64,000 bases of DNA from a virus. Location of the stretch: positions 32,001-96,000 of IMG/VR virus record IMGVR_UViG_3300042330_000854. One strand, given 5' to 3'. The notes beneath the pieces are model-generated. The model saw only the letters and a program-made list of their open reading frames with translations, did not search any database and was not told the origin of the DNA. This document shows positions 14,812 through 24,594 of the stretch, piece by piece. Numbering within the stretch: position 1 is the first letter of the stretch; every line of letters begins with the position of its first letter. The translations under genes were made by a program, and so were the position numbers.

Positions 14812-15640
14812 GGTGTGTTGGCCGAGAGTATTATAGTTATTAAATTAATAGAGAGATTATAAATGTTTATATGTGAGTTTGGTTGTGGCAAGATTGCTAT
14901 TCATCAGTTTAAATCTAGTCATAAATGGTGTTGTTCAACAAACGTGAATACTTGTGTCGGTCATAGAGAAAAAATATCTAAATCAAAAAAGGGTATAAAT
15001 CCTTTTCTTGGAAGAGAACACCCAAGAGGCATGAAAGGGAAAATTCATATATTCAAGGGAAAAACTTATGAAGAAATTTTTGGAGATAGGGCTTCTATTA
15101 TTAAATCTAAAATTTCTAATAGTTTAAAAGGAAATACTAATTGGTCAAATGTCGATGAAATAATTAAAATTTTACATGCAGAACGTGCTCGTGAACGTAT
15201 ATTGAAACGATATGAAGCTGGGTGGCAACCTAAAGCTGGACGCTGCACCAAATATACATATGAGAGTAAGATAGCAGGAAAAATATTAGTAGATGGTACT
15301 TGGGAATTAGAAGTAGCAAAATGGTTAGATAGCAAATGTTTAAATTGGAAACGAAACACGAAAAGATTTCCTTATACTAATATAGAAGAAAAAATAAGTC
15401 ATTATACACCTGATTTTTGGATTGAAGAATGGGATTCATATTTAGAAATTAAGGGATACGAAACAGATTTAGATCGTTGTAAATGGGCGCAATTTAAAGA
15501 AAATTTAATAGTATGGTATAAAAAAGATATAGACAAAATTATTAAAGATAATAAACTTTTATCTAGCTACATATGCATATAGTTTTAGACGTTGAAGGTA
15601 GTAACCCTGTCTTCCAAAAGTTCAAATCTTTTACACACCG
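14812..15640 (+). pseudogene. tRNA-Ser-like gene interrupted by an endonuclease ORF
   Basis: 5' piece GGTGTGTTGGCCGAG (14812-); 3' piece ACGTT, variable arm, AAAAG-TTCAAAT-CTTTT, ACACACC-G (to 15640); acceptor strands pair perfectly. Confidence 0.8.
14863..15582 (+). CDS. Putative homing endonuclease (Zn-finger, NUMOD-like, PD-(D/E)XK)
   Basis: CEFGCG..CCS N-terminus; GTWE..YTPDFWI..YLEIKGY. Confidence 0.85.
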   Translation: MFICEFGCGKIAIHQFKSSHKWCCSTNVNTCVGHREKISKSKKGINPFLGREHPRGMKGKIHIFKGKTYEEIFGDRASIIKSKISNSLKGNTNWSNVDEIIKILHAERARERILKRYEAGWQPKAGRCTKYTYESKIAGKILVDGTWELEVAKWLDSKCLNWKRNTKRFPYTNIEEKISHYTPDFWIEEWDSYLEIKGYETDLDRCKWAQFKENLIVWYKKDIDKIIKDNKLLSSYICI

Positions 15641-15644
15641 CTTT

Positions 15645-15731
15645 GGATAATTAACTTACAGGGCTGTAAGCGCTGCCTCGAAAGCAGATGGAACGATAAT
15701 ATCGTTTGGGGATCGAGACCTCAGTTATCCG
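15645..15731 (+). tRNA. tRNA-Ser(CGA), 8/4-type cloverleaf
   Basis: 8-bp acceptor GGATAATT/AGTTATCC, 4-bp T-stem, loop CTCGAAA, long variable arm, G73. Confidence 0.85.
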
Positions 15732-15738
15732 CAATTAG

Positions 15739-15823
15739 TTTTGTTTGGAGAGTAGAATACCGTAAACTTGCGACATAGTGTCTGTTAAAGAGATAATTGG
15801 TTCAAATCCAATCACAAACAAAA
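15739..15823 (+). ncRNA. tRNA-like ncRNA, family C copy 2
   Basis: Shares TTGGAGAGTAGAATAC and AATTGGTTCAAATCCAATCACAA with 1715-1800; compensatory terminal stem. Confidence 0.7.
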
Positions 15824-15958
15824 TTAATAACATTTCTATAAAATATTTGAACTATAATCAGAAATTAGCATAACTGATTATATCAAATTATTAGTTGACT
15901 TTTGTTGATTCTTGGTCAAAGTCCTTTTAATTTGTGAAATATTTTTATAGAGCTAATT

Positions 15959-16030
15959 TCCGCTATAACTCAATGAGAGAGTAGCAGTTTTGTAAACTGA
16001 AAGCTGGGAGTTCAAATCTCTCTAGCGGCG
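15959..16030 (+). tRNA. tRNA-Thr(TGT)
   Basis: Loop TTTGTAA, T-arm GGGAG-TTCAAAT-CTCTC; 1:72 mismatch. Confidence 0.85.
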
Positions 16031-16049
16031 CTTTTTGTGGAGGCTTAAC

Positions 16050-16703
16050 ATGAGATTAGAAGATTTAAAGCGTATATTAAAAGAAAGTCCAGCGGCGGCA
16101 TATGGTAATATGTTAGCTAGTCCAAGTTATTTTTATACTGAAATTAGCGCTCAATTTTTTCGTGAAAATTGGAATATTGTTGGTGAAATTACTATAAATA
16201 ATGATATATTAACAATAGGTCATATGAAAAATAATGATTTAGATGTTTATGTTGCCGGGTATTTTGACGAAAAAATAGAAGACTTTGGAAGTTATAAAGA
16301 AACTAAAGAAATATTTTTTGTTTTATTACAAGCATATTTAAAAAAAGATAATTATGTTGAACAACATTTTCCTTATAAAAATGTTTATTCTATGGCAGCA
16401 ATTAAAGTTAGCTCCGATGCACAAACTCAAGGAATTGCATCAGGATTTTATACTTGGTTATTAAACCAAGGAATTATTTTACGCTCAGATCAATTACAAT
16501 ATAATGGTGCTAGAAGATTATGGGCGAAATTATCAAAATACGATCATTTGGTTGTTGATGTTTTAGATATTAAAAATAATAAAATCGTAGCTAAAAATGA
16601 ACAATTATATCATGGTTTTAAAGAAGACGATTTTGATAAACGTTACTGGTCGAGAAACGATGATAAAAAAGATATTGTTTTTATTTTAACAAAAGTAGTT
16701 TAA
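16050..16703 (+). CDS. GNAT-like acetyltransferase-fold protein
   Basis: QTQGIASGFY..SDQLQYNGARRLWAKL; GGAGG RBS. Confidence 0.55.
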   Translation: MRLEDLKRILKESPAAAYGNMLASPSYFYTEISAQFFRENWNIVGEITINNDILTIGHMKNNDLDVYVAGYFDEKIEDFGSYKETKEIFFVLLQAYLKKDNYVEQHFPYKNVYSMAAIKVSSDAQTQGIASGFYTWLLNQGIILRSDQLQYNGARRLWAKLSKYDHLVVDVLDIKNNKIVAKNEQLYHGFKEDDFDKRYWSRNDDKKDIVFILTKVV

Positions 16704-16706
16704 AAA

Positions 16707-16889
16707 ATGAATAATTTAGAATTATGTTTTAATCAATTTGTTGATTTGATTGATTATTGTTTTAATAACGATAAAACTTTATTAAAACAAAAAATTGATA
16801 ATTATACAAAAAATTATAAAAATTTAGGATTTGAACATCAAGGCGAATTAAGTTTGTTAATCAACGATTATTATAAATTTGACAAATAA
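16707..16889 (+). CDS. Hypothetical protein
   Basis: ORF. Confidence 0.55.
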   Translation: MNNLELCFNQFVDLIDYCFNNDKTLLKQKIDNYTKNYKNLGFEHQGELSLLINDYYKFDK

Positions 16890-16932
16890 ATTAATTATGG
16901 TAATATCGTATTATCAACAATAGGAGATTATC

Positions 16933-17205
16933 ATGACCATTGAAAATATGTTTAATGAAATTTATCGTTTTGTTCGCAAAGACGAAAATTTTATTCCTCG
17001 TAATTATCAAACTATTGGTGGTGGTTGGACGGTTGATACTTGGAAATTGAATGATGTAACGGTTCAATTGATGGATGAAGGTTATACAATTGTTATTTTT
17101 AATGATAATGTGCATGTTCATCAAACTTGTACTAATCCTTTGGTTTTTACCAAAGGCGATGAAGAAAATATTAAAAATATTTATATTGAACTGTTTCAAG
17201 AATAA
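16933..17205 (+). CDS. Hypothetical protein
   Basis: AGGAG RBS and promoter. Confidence 0.7.
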   Translation: MTIENMFNEIYRFVRKDENFIPRNYQTIGGGWTVDTWKLNDVTVQLMDEGYTIVIFNDNVHVHQTCTNPLVFTKGDEENIKNIYIELFQE

Positions 17206-17212
17206 GTTATTA

Positions 17213-17281
17213 TGGCAAAAGATCAGGTGATCAAACAGTTTTCATACGACTGTTAGCGTGGTTCGATTCCACGTTTTGCTA
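17213..17281 (+). tRNA. Compact tRNA with CAT anticodon
   Basis: GGCAAAA/TTTTGCT, mini D-arm GATC-AGGT-GATC, 7-bp anticodon stem with TTCATAC loop, canonical T-arm. Confidence 0.75.
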
Positions 17282-17302
17282 CTATTGTTTAAAGGATAAA
17301 AT

Positions 17303-17629
17303 ATGTCAACATTAGTAATTTTTAGTAGAGATTGGGCCGACGAATTCCAATGCGAAGAATTTATCATTACTGAATTATCAAAAGATGATGCAGAAAAACT
17401 AATTTTCAATAAACTTGAAAAATCATATGAATATTATTTTGGAACCAATGAAGGTTTTGAAACAAATGATTTAAGTATTCAAGATTTTGAAATTAAAGAA
17501 ATTTCTGATCAAGAAAAAGAAACCTTAACCAAATTAATTGGTGAGCGATTTGGTACAGGTATTCTTTATACTATGTTTAATGATGAAGAAGAGTATGAAG
17601 AAGAAGATGAGGATGAAAATGAATATTAA
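17303..17629 (+). CDS. Acidic hypothetical protein
   Basis: ORF, poly-D/E tail. Confidence 0.7.
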   Translation: MSTLVIFSRDWADEFQCEEFIITELSKDDAEKLIFNKLEKSYEYYFGTNEGFETNDLSIQDFEIKEISDQEKETLTKLIGERFGTGILYTMFNDEEEYEEEDEDENEY

Positions 17630-18239
17630 TAAAAATGAAGTGCAATTTATAATGGCATTAGCTAGAATTTTAGAACATGAAGAAATTGATACGGTTGATG
17701 AAATTTCTGATGATACGATACAACAATTATTAGAAGATTATAATATTTCTGAAAAAAAATTTACACAAATAAAAAAATTAATGACGGAAGACGTTGATAA
17801 TGATGAAGAAAAAACATTCATTGTTAACTACAAAGACACTTTTATTACAATTAAAGAATATTCAGTTACTCGAATATATTTACACAACTTAGCTAATAGC
17901 ATTAGTGATTTTAAAGAAAATACCCCAATTAAAATTTTAGATTCTAAAACTAATGAATTGCTTGAAGAATATTTTTATAATTTAGATAAAACAAGATATA
18001 TTTGGAAAAAATATAAAAATAATAAATTATTTTCTGAACAATATTACTTTATAAAAGAATGGTATGATAGTTTAGATCGTAATGATGGTCCTGCGGAAAT
18101 TATTTATACAAATAAAAAAAATATATATAAATTTTATTGTCAAGATGCAGAATATTCATTAAAACAATGGTTAAATGTACATGAAAACCAAGATGAGAAT
18201 TTCAAAAAAGAAATGTTAGAAAAATATAAGGGAGAATAA
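17619..18239 (+). CDS. Protein with C-terminal HRLTGPA-family domain (B-type tail)
   Basis: LDRNDGPAEI...WLNVHENQDENFKKEMLEKY. Confidence 0.7.
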   Translation: MNINKNEVQFIMALARILEHEEIDTVDEISDDTIQQLLEDYNISEKKFTQIKKLMTEDVDNDEEKTFIVNYKDTFITIKEYSVTRIYLHNLANSISDFKENTPIKILDSKTNELLEEYFYNLDKTRYIWKKYKNNKLFSEQYYFIKEWYDSLDRNDGPAEIIYTNKKNIYKFYCQDAEYSLKQWLNVHENQDENFKKEMLEKYKGE

Positions 18240-18247
18240 TCTCCCTT
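18228..18247. terminator. Bidirectional intrinsic terminator
   Basis: AAGGGAGA-ataa-TCTCCCTT between convergent genes. Confidence 0.8.
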
Positions 18248-18956
18248 ATTTTATTGCCTTATTTAATTTTTCCATCATTGTTTCATCAAATTTAAATGAA
18301 CAAATAATATAGCGTTTATTTGGTTCTGGCGCATCTGTCATTTGGATATGAGAAAAATCACTTAAATTTAATTTTTCTGTTTCAACAATATACTTAAATT
18401 CAGACTCTTGAATAAACATATAATCAGCACGCCCAAGTAAAATTTGTTTTACTCTTGCAGTGTTTTCTTCAGTTGATTCAACCATTTTTGTATTATTTGT
18501 TTTTAATAAATTATCCAAATAATTACCATAAGATAATTCTACTTTACGAGCAAATCGCAAATTTTCATCTTTTGTTAAATCAGCAAAAGTTTTATGTGCT
18601 TTTATTTTTTCATTTGAGTTACTCAATAACACCCCAATTGGGTTATCAGTTAAAACAGGTTCGGAAAACTTACCAATTTTTTCACGCTCTGCACGTTTAA
18701 AATAATTCAATGCACAAACTGGTTCGACATTTTCTTCTAAAGCAATTAATTGGCGAGCTAATGGTAATTCTACAAATACAGGTTTAAATCCAGCTTTAAT
18801 AAAAGCATCAGAAGATGCTTGACCAACCGAACCTGTAATTCCTGTTTCAGTTTTCATAATTAATGGCGCACGTTGAGAATAAACAACTTTTATTTCTTGT
18901 GCAAACACGGGAAAAGCAAATAATAAAGTAAGTAAAAATGTGGTTAATAATTTCAT
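18246..18956 (-). CDS. Amino-acid ABC transporter substrate-binding protein (family 3-like)
   Basis: Signal peptide, ELPLARQL, ER..GKFSEP, SYG, ILLGRADY. Confidence 0.8.
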   Translation of the reverse strand: MKLLTTFLLTLLFAFPVFAQEIKVVYSQRAPLIMKTETGITGSVGQASSDAFIKAGFKPVFVELPLARQLIALEENVEPVCALNYFKRAEREKIGKFSEPVLTDNPIGVLLSNSNEKIKAHKTFADLTKDENLRFARKVELSYGNYLDNLLKTNNTKMVESTEENTARVKQILLGRADYMFIQESEFKYIVETEKLNLSDFSHIQMTDAPEPNKRYIICSFKFDETMMEKLNKAIK

Positions 18957-19003
18957 GTTTTTGTTCCTTAAAAAAGTATTTATCAATTTTAGAAAGAGTT
19001 AAA

Positions 19004-19339
19004 ATGAGATTTATTTATTATATTGATGGTGAAAAATTTACAACTAACAATTATGATGAAGTTCCGATTTATGAAATTTCATTTTTAGATGAAAATACAC
19101 CTGCTTTAGAGGATTTAAAAACTGGTCATAAACGTTGGTGTTTTAAAGGAAGAATTTTACATCGATTAACTGGTCCTGCACATATTGCAGATAATGGAGT
19201 AGAAGATTTTTGGTTAAATGGAATTTATTACCGAAGAATAAAAGAATGGATTAAGGTTCATCCAAATCCTGATCTTTATTTTGATGCAATCGGGATAAAA
19301 ACAGAAACCGATAAAGTTATTTGGTACTTACAAAATTAA
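19004..19339 (+). CDS. HRLTGPA-family protein, A-type tail
   Basis: YYIDGEKFTT..ENTPA..HRLTGPA..HPNPDLYF..WYLQN. Confidence 0.9.
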   Translation: MRFIYYIDGEKFTTNNYDEVPIYEISFLDENTPALEDLKTGHKRWCFKGRILHRLTGPAHIADNGVEDFWLNGIYYRRIKEWIKVHPNPDLYFDAIGIKTETDKVIWYLQN

Positions 19340-19342
19340 TCC

Positions 19343-19371
19343 TTGACAAAAAACAGAATATTTTCTATATT
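19343..19371 (+). promoter_or_regulatory. Stereotyped strong (early-type) promoter
   Basis: TTGACA-AAAAACAGAATATTTTC-TATATT. Confidence 0.8.
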
Positions 19372-19401
19372 AAATTTATCAACTAATTAACGGAGAATGA
19401 T

Positions 19402-19593
19402 ATGTCCTATTTTACTGAAGAAAATATGGTTGGCCTCTCTAAAGAAGACCTTGAAATTCTAAATAAAACTTTTTCTAAAGAACTGAAAAAATATTATGAA
19501 GAGCATCGTGAAGTTGATACCGTGATTATTGATTCAATTGCTACAAAAGTTTTTGATGATTTTTGTGAAAAGTATGATGCAATTTGTCAATAA
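19402..19593 (+). CDS. Small acidic early protein
   Basis: GGAG RBS, own promoter and terminator. Confidence 0.7.
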   Translation: MSYFTEENMVGLSKEDLEILNKTFSKELKKYYEEHREVDTVIIDSIATKVFDDFCEKYDAICQ

Positions 19594-19625
19594 AAAAGGG
19601 GGGAGAAACAATTCTCCCCCTTTTT
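19592..19625. terminator. Bidirectional intrinsic terminator
   Basis: GGGGAGAA/TTCTCCCC flanked by A and T tracts. Confidence 0.85.
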
Positions 19626-19642
19626 GTTTAATTAATTAACGA

Positions 19643-20062
19643 TTAAACTAATGAATCATTAATTGTTACGCTTACATTGTTGCCAGTTGTTACATCTGGT
19701 GCTAATTTGTAAACAAAACCGTTTTGGCCGTCTAAGCTTTTAGCTAAACCAGGAGTTGCAGTTGACCATGAAGCTTTATGTTCTACAATAAATTTCACAA
19801 CATAAACTGTATTGCCTGTTGACGCAGCAGGAAGATCAGTATCACCAGCGGCATAAAGCGCAGTTTCAACATCACCTAATACTACTGGTTGACCACGAAG
19901 AGAAACAGTACGCATTAAGGCATCAAATGCTAATTGTGTTGTTGCACCAAACGCAGCAGGAGTAATATTTACAAGTGTACGAACAGTGTAATAATCAACA
20001 TTACCTGTTAAGTTTTGTCCTGGGATTGCTTTACCAGCATATTTTAAACCATTATCAATCAT
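19643..20062 (-). CDS. Probable virion structural protein
   Basis: A/T/G/V-rich composition, highly biased codons. Confidence 0.6.
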   Translation of the reverse strand: MIDNGLKYAGKAIPGQNLTGNVDYYTVRTLVNITPAAFGATTQLAFDALMRTVSLRGQPVVLGDVETALYAAGDTDLPAASTGNTVYVVKFIVEHKASWSTATPGLAKSLDGQNGFVYKLAPDVTTGNNVSVTINDSLV

Positions 20063-20105
20063 TTTATATATCCTCTATTTTTAGGAATAATTTATTCCAT
20101 TATAT

Positions 20106-21539
20106 TTATTTAATGTTTTTCTTAAATTTTGGTCTTTTATATATTGAATTTTCTGGATAAGGATTTGTATTACTTCCAAATGGAATAGCAGATGATGCTA
20201 CACTTGATGCGGTAGTTGATTCTTTTATTATTATATTATTTTTTTCAATAAAATTTAAAATTTCATCTTTAATTTTCTTTATTTGTGGATTCTCATCAAA
20301 ATATTTTGATTGATTTATTGCTGTAAAACCAACCAAATCATTTTTATTTTTTATAATAAATTTTTTAAAATCAAAGATGAAATTTTTATCTAATTTAGAA
20401 TAATCTAATTCATTTTTAATGTTTAATAAAATATAATATAAATTTGTTATTTTATTAATATATGGATTATTTTTCATTTCATTAATTATATTGGTAAATG
20501 AAACAACTTCTTCATTATTTTCTTTATCAATATATTTTGATATTTTTTTCAAATATTCACTACGATAAGCATTTGGATCAATGGCAACTGTTAATGCTCT
20601 TTGAACTCGTTCCATTAATTTTAAAACAACATCTAATTTTTCTTCGTAACCTATGCCACCAGGGGCGCGGATTTCTAAATAACCCAAATCTTTAAATTTT
20701 CTAAAATTTACAGCTTGATATTTTTTTCCCATATTATCTAAAACCCATTGATTAGTAAATGAATTATCTTTTGTTATTTCATCGTTTTTATTTTGTCCAT
20801 TTAAATAACCATCCAAATCAGAAATTTTATTTGAAATTATTTTTGCATAACCATTACTTTCTCTATTAAATAATTTTACAACAAAAACATCATCAAAAAA
20901 TACTAAAAATTTTAATAAATCAATTTTATCAAATTCAAATGTTCCAACATTTAAATGTAAACCTGTTGTTGAATTAGTTGATAAATTATCATCATCTTGA
21001 ATCATAAAAAATATTTGTTCTAATGCAACTTTGGCTTCATTATAATTTAAAACAGGTGTGACAATTTCTCTGCCTTGTGGATTAATACTATCATCGGTAA
21101 CAATTTGCCATTCATTTTGTTTTGGAAGTTCTAATTCTTCTAATTTATTTGTAAAATAAGTTTGTAAATTATGTTTGTTTTTGAATAAACTTAATTGTTC
21201 ATAAAATAAATCATCAATTATTTCTTTTAAGTTATAATATTCATTAACATCATAAAAACCCCAATTAAGCATATTATGCTCGCCATTATCCCAGGGAATC
21301 ATATAACTTATACTTTTACTAATTAATGGCGTATCGGAATATTCAGCATACATTTTTTTAAATTTATCTTTTTGACCACGAATATAAATGTCATAAAAAT
21401 GTTCATATAAATCATCATCATCATCTACTTCATCTAAATCACAAGCTATTTCAAATTCAAACCCCCAAGTTAAATCTAAACTTGATTGATTTTTTCTGTT
21501 TTGTGCCATATTTCTTTCTTGTAATTGTATTAAACGCAT
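20106..21539 (-). CDS. Amidoligase (COOH-NH2 ligase type 2) family protein
   Basis: WGFEFE, WQIVTDDSI, EIVTP, TGLHLN, KYQAVN, LEIR motifs. Confidence 0.85.
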   Translation of the reverse strand: MRLIQLQERNMAQNRKNQSSLDLTWGFEFEIACDLDEVDDDDDLYEHFYDIYIRGQKDKFKKMYAEYSDTPLISKSISYMIPWDNGEHNMLNWGFYDVNEYYNLKEIIDDLFYEQLSLFKNKHNLQTYFTNKLEELELPKQNEWQIVTDDSINPQGREIVTPVLNYNEAKVALEQIFFMIQDDDNLSTNSTTGLHLNVGTFEFDKIDLLKFLVFFDDVFVVKLFNRESNGYAKIISNKISDLDGYLNGQNKNDEITKDNSFTNQWVLDNMGKKYQAVNFRKFKDLGYLEIRAPGGIGYEEKLDVVLKLMERVQRALTVAIDPNAYRSEYLKKISKYIDKENNEEVVSFTNIINEMKNNPYINKITNLYYILLNIKNELDYSKLDKNFIFDFKKFIIKNKNDLVGFTAINQSKYFDENPQIKKIKDEILNFIEKNNIIIKESTTASSVASSAIPFGSNTNPYPENSIYKRPKFKKNIK

Positions 21540-22204
21540 TAACGGTTCCTCCTCAAATAAGTTGCACCAATTGCAGCTAACAATGCTTGTGTTTCTGGAT
21601 TTTTATGATTTTTCAGCCATGTTTCTAAATTACCACTGCGACGAATGTTCTTTTTTAAATAATCAACTTCTGTTTGATCGATCCCCATATTTTTTAATAA
21701 ACGATAAATTTCATTACTATCCATATTTTTAGGTTGGGGATTTACATGTTTATCTCTAAAATTATCAGTTGAGTTTTGGCGAGTATTTTGTTTTGATGAA
21801 TTATCACTTAATTCATCTTTTGCTGCAACTTTAGCGGCTCCTGTTTCAAAAGCTTTTTTAGCAATTTGTAATAATAACTTTCTTAAATTATTATCAGAAA
21901 TTTGATGTTGTTCAAACAAAACACTTTCGCGTAAATTTGATGTAATATATTTTAAAATTTTTTCTTGATCAGCATTAGTTCCAAGTTTTTTTAAAGCCTT
22001 ATGAACCCAAGAATTAGCTTGGCGACGATCCATATCATAATGTTTTAATAAAAAATCAGCAGAAGCTTTTGCATCATACGTAAAAGATTGTCCAGTATCA
22101 GTTGTATCAACGCCCAAATAATCTAAAATATCATTTATTTTTTTCTCATCATGCGAAAGTTTATTATAAATTTCTTCGGCTATTTTTAATGCATTAAATT
22201 CCAT
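21539..22204 (-). CDS. Hypothetical (possible head) protein
   Basis: Coupled ORF. Confidence 0.7.
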   Translation of the reverse strand: MEFNALKIAEEIYNKLSHDEKKINDILDYLGVDTTDTGQSFTYDAKASADFLLKHYDMDRRQANSWVHKALKKLGTNADQEKILKYITSNLRESVLFEQHQISDNNLRKLLLQIAKKAFETGAAKVAAKDELSDNSSKQNTRQNSTDNFRDKHVNPQPKNMDSNEIYRLLKNMGIDQTEVDYLKKNIRRSGNLETWLKNHKNPETQALLAAIGATYLRRNR

Positions 22205-22722
22205 TATTTTTTACCTTTTAACATAAGTTCTTGTAATTCGCGCGCAATTAACATTTTTTGTTTGTCAGTGTAATTTTGTTTTTTTAAATGCTCTAATGTA
22301 GAATAATTTCTTTCTTGTGGACCTTTATCTGGTTGTTTTACTTGATTATCTGTAAATTTAGGTTCTGTTTTTTTAATTTCTTCTGAAGGTTTATTTTCTG
22401 AATTATCAGGTTTATTTTCTAATTCATTATCGTCATTAGTTTTTGTGTTATTTTCTTTTTCAGATGAATTATTTTTAATTGCATTTATAACAAATTTTTT
22501 ATCAAACCCAATTTCATTAACTAAAAAATTAGCTAAAGTTTGATAATCTTTATATCCGCCAGTTTGACCTAAATATTTTTTATATTTGTCGTACATTGTA
22601 GTTGCTAACATTTGAGCATCTAATTTACCTTCTGCATTTTTACTACCTAATTTACTCATGGCACTTAAGCCACGAGTTTTTAAATTTGTCATTAATGCAT
22701 CCCAAAACCCTTCGTTTAGCAT
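22204..22722 (-). CDS. Hypothetical (possible head) protein
   Basis: LNE-G start resembling prohead-protease substrates. Confidence 0.65.
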   Translation of the reverse strand: MLNEGFWDALMTNLKTRGLSAMSKLGSKNAEGKLDAQMLATTMYDKYKKYLGQTGGYKDYQTLANFLVNEIGFDKKFVINAIKNNSSEKENNTKTNDDNELENKPDNSENKPSEEIKKTEPKFTDNQVKQPDKGPQERNYSTLEHLKKQNYTDKQKMLIARELQELMLKGKK

Positions 22723-22994
22723 TTTTTCTTTCCTTTTATTAATTTAGCTTCATCTATTTTTACCTGTTGTAATTTTCTTACAACTTTATCAACATCATTT
22801 TGATCGATTGCGCGAATTAATCTTCCTAAAATATCTTGACTATCTTCGCTATTATAATTTTCTTGTATGTAGGTTTTTAAGTTTTGATAAGCAGCAATCA
22901 AATTAATTGATTTTTGTTCAATAAAAACATCTTTATCGCAAAAATTTTGTCTGCGATCTAATTCTGCTAAAATACTCTCAAATTTATTCGCCAT
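22716..22994 (-). CDS. Hypothetical protein
   Basis: Coupled ORF. Confidence 0.7.
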   Translation of the reverse strand: MANKFESILAELDRRQNFCDKDVFIEQKSINLIAAYQNLKTYIQENYNSEDSQDILGRLIRAIDQNDVDKVVRKLQQVKIDEAKLIKGKKKC

Positions 22995-23250
22995 TTTTTA
23001 AATCCTGTAAAGCATTATCAATAATTTCATTTAATAAAACAACAGCTTTAATAAAACCTTGTTGTTCTTCTAATGTCATAGTTTCGTCGTAAAATGAATT
23101 CATTTTATCTTTTATCATCTCTAATTTTTCATACTCAGGATTTATTTTTGTTTCAATGGGTTTTTCATGTTCATGATGCACAAACAAATAATCATCCCAA
23201 TCTTCGTAAAATAATTCCTCAATTATTTGATTTACATTTATATCAGTCAT
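22984..23250 (-). CDS. Hypothetical protein
   Basis: Coupled ORF. Confidence 0.65.
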   Translation of the reverse strand: MTDINVNQIIEELFYEDWDDYLFVHHEHEKPIETKINPEYEKLEMIKDKMNSFYDETMTLEEQQGFIKAVVLLNEIIDNALQDLKNGE

Positions 23251-23271
23251 ATTTATTATTTAAAATATTTT

Positions 23272-24594
23272 TTATGTTCTTGCTAATTTAATCTTATCCA
23301 AGATACTAGATGATTGATTATTTTGTAATATTGGTTGATTATTAGAATTTTGATTGTTTGGATCAGTAATAGTTTCATCTACATTTAAAATTCTCATTGT
23401 ATTTGGATCATAACCAAAAGTTAAACGATCACCTGTGCAACCACTACTGCGAACTTTTAAAAATTCTAATTGCATTTTACCATTAATTTTCATAACTTGA
23501 GTAGCATGAATACCAAATAAATTATCAGCAGTATTCACTTTGCTCATACCACCTGCGATATCACTATGAGAAAAACTATCACCTTGTTTTTCAACACTTC
23601 CACGATTAAATTGACTTGCTGTAACTAATGGAATATCTAATTCACCTGCTAAAGCACGTAACTCTTCACAAACAAATTTATCTTTAATAAACAAATTGCC
23701 ACTATCAATTTTTTTATCATTTGGATACATTAAGTCCAAATAATCAACTACTAAAACATCTGGTCGAACATTATTTTGTATTTCAAATTCTTTTACTAAA
23801 CTTCTTAATGTATTAGTTGTTGTTCCTGCTTCTGGCATTTTAACAACTTGAATTCTACCAGCTTGTTTACCTTGTAATGCAACTTTTAATGCAACTGAAT
23901 TTAAATTTTTGAAAATTTCTTTTGTTGGAGTTTCTGTAAACATTGTATCTAAACGTAAAGCAATTAATTCTTCAGATAATTCCAAACTAATATAAATTAC
24001 ATTCAATCCATTTAATGCCCAATTTAAAGTTAGGTTTTGTAACCATAAACTTTTACCTACACCTGAGTTAGCTGCAAAGATGTTTAAAGAGCCTTTAGAG
24101 AAGCCACCATAGAGTTTAGTGTCTAAGGCGTCATAATATGTAGGAACCATGTTATCGCGCTGTAACATGCCTTCAAGGCGGTTTAAAGGGCTATCCCAAT
24201 AATTAATACCCATAGTTCGTTGTAAGGAAATTGAAATTGCTTCTTTTATTCTTTTTTCAATTTCAGAATATTTTTCTTCATCTAATAAATCAACGCTATC
24301 AAGAATAACTTCTTTCATTGCTTGATAACGAGAAAATTTTTCAATATTATCCAAATACCATTCTCGATTTAATACACCTGAATTAGTTGGAATCTGGGTA
24401 TTAGTTTCAGCATAAATTTGTTCTCTTGAAGGTAATGATTTATATTGTTCAGTATAAGTTAAAATATATTTTAATGAATTTTTTACTTGTTGATCCCAAT
24501 GTTTAAAATTTAAAATACTTTGACTTCTTAGAAATAATTCTGGATCATCTAACATATAAGATAAAAATATTTTTTGTGTTTCTAAATTAGCCAT
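23272..24594 (-). CDS. DnaB-like replicative helicase (T4 gp41-like)
   Basis: Walker A ANSGVGKS, YISLELSE, VVDYLDL, TASQFNR. Confidence 0.95.
   Translation of the reverse strand: MANLETQKIFLSYMLDDPELFLRSQSILNFKHWDQQVKNSLKYILTYTEQYKSLPSREQIYAETNTQIPTNSGVLNREWYLDNIEKFSRYQAMKEVILDSVDLLDEEKYSEIEKRIKEAISISLQRTMGINYWDSPLNRLEGMLQRDNMVPTYYDALDTKLYGGFSKGSLNIFAANSGVGKSLWLQNLTLNWALNGLNVIYISLELSEELIALRLDTMFTETPTKEIFKNLNSVALKVALQGKQAGRIQVVKMPEAGTTTNTLRSLVKEFEIQNNVRPDVLVVDYLDLMYPNDKKIDSGNLFIKDKFVCEELRALAGELDIPLVTASQFNRGSVEKQGDSFSHSDIAGGMSKVNTADNLFGIHATQVMKINGKMQLEFLKVRSSGCTGDRLTFGYDPNTMRILNVDETITDPNNQNSNNQPILQNNQSSSILDKIKLART

Noticed and set aside
3453-14891. ORFs 3453-3641, 7658-7843 and 14703-14891
   Set aside because: Shadows of tRNA-Leu, tRNA-Ala and tRNA-Ser genes.
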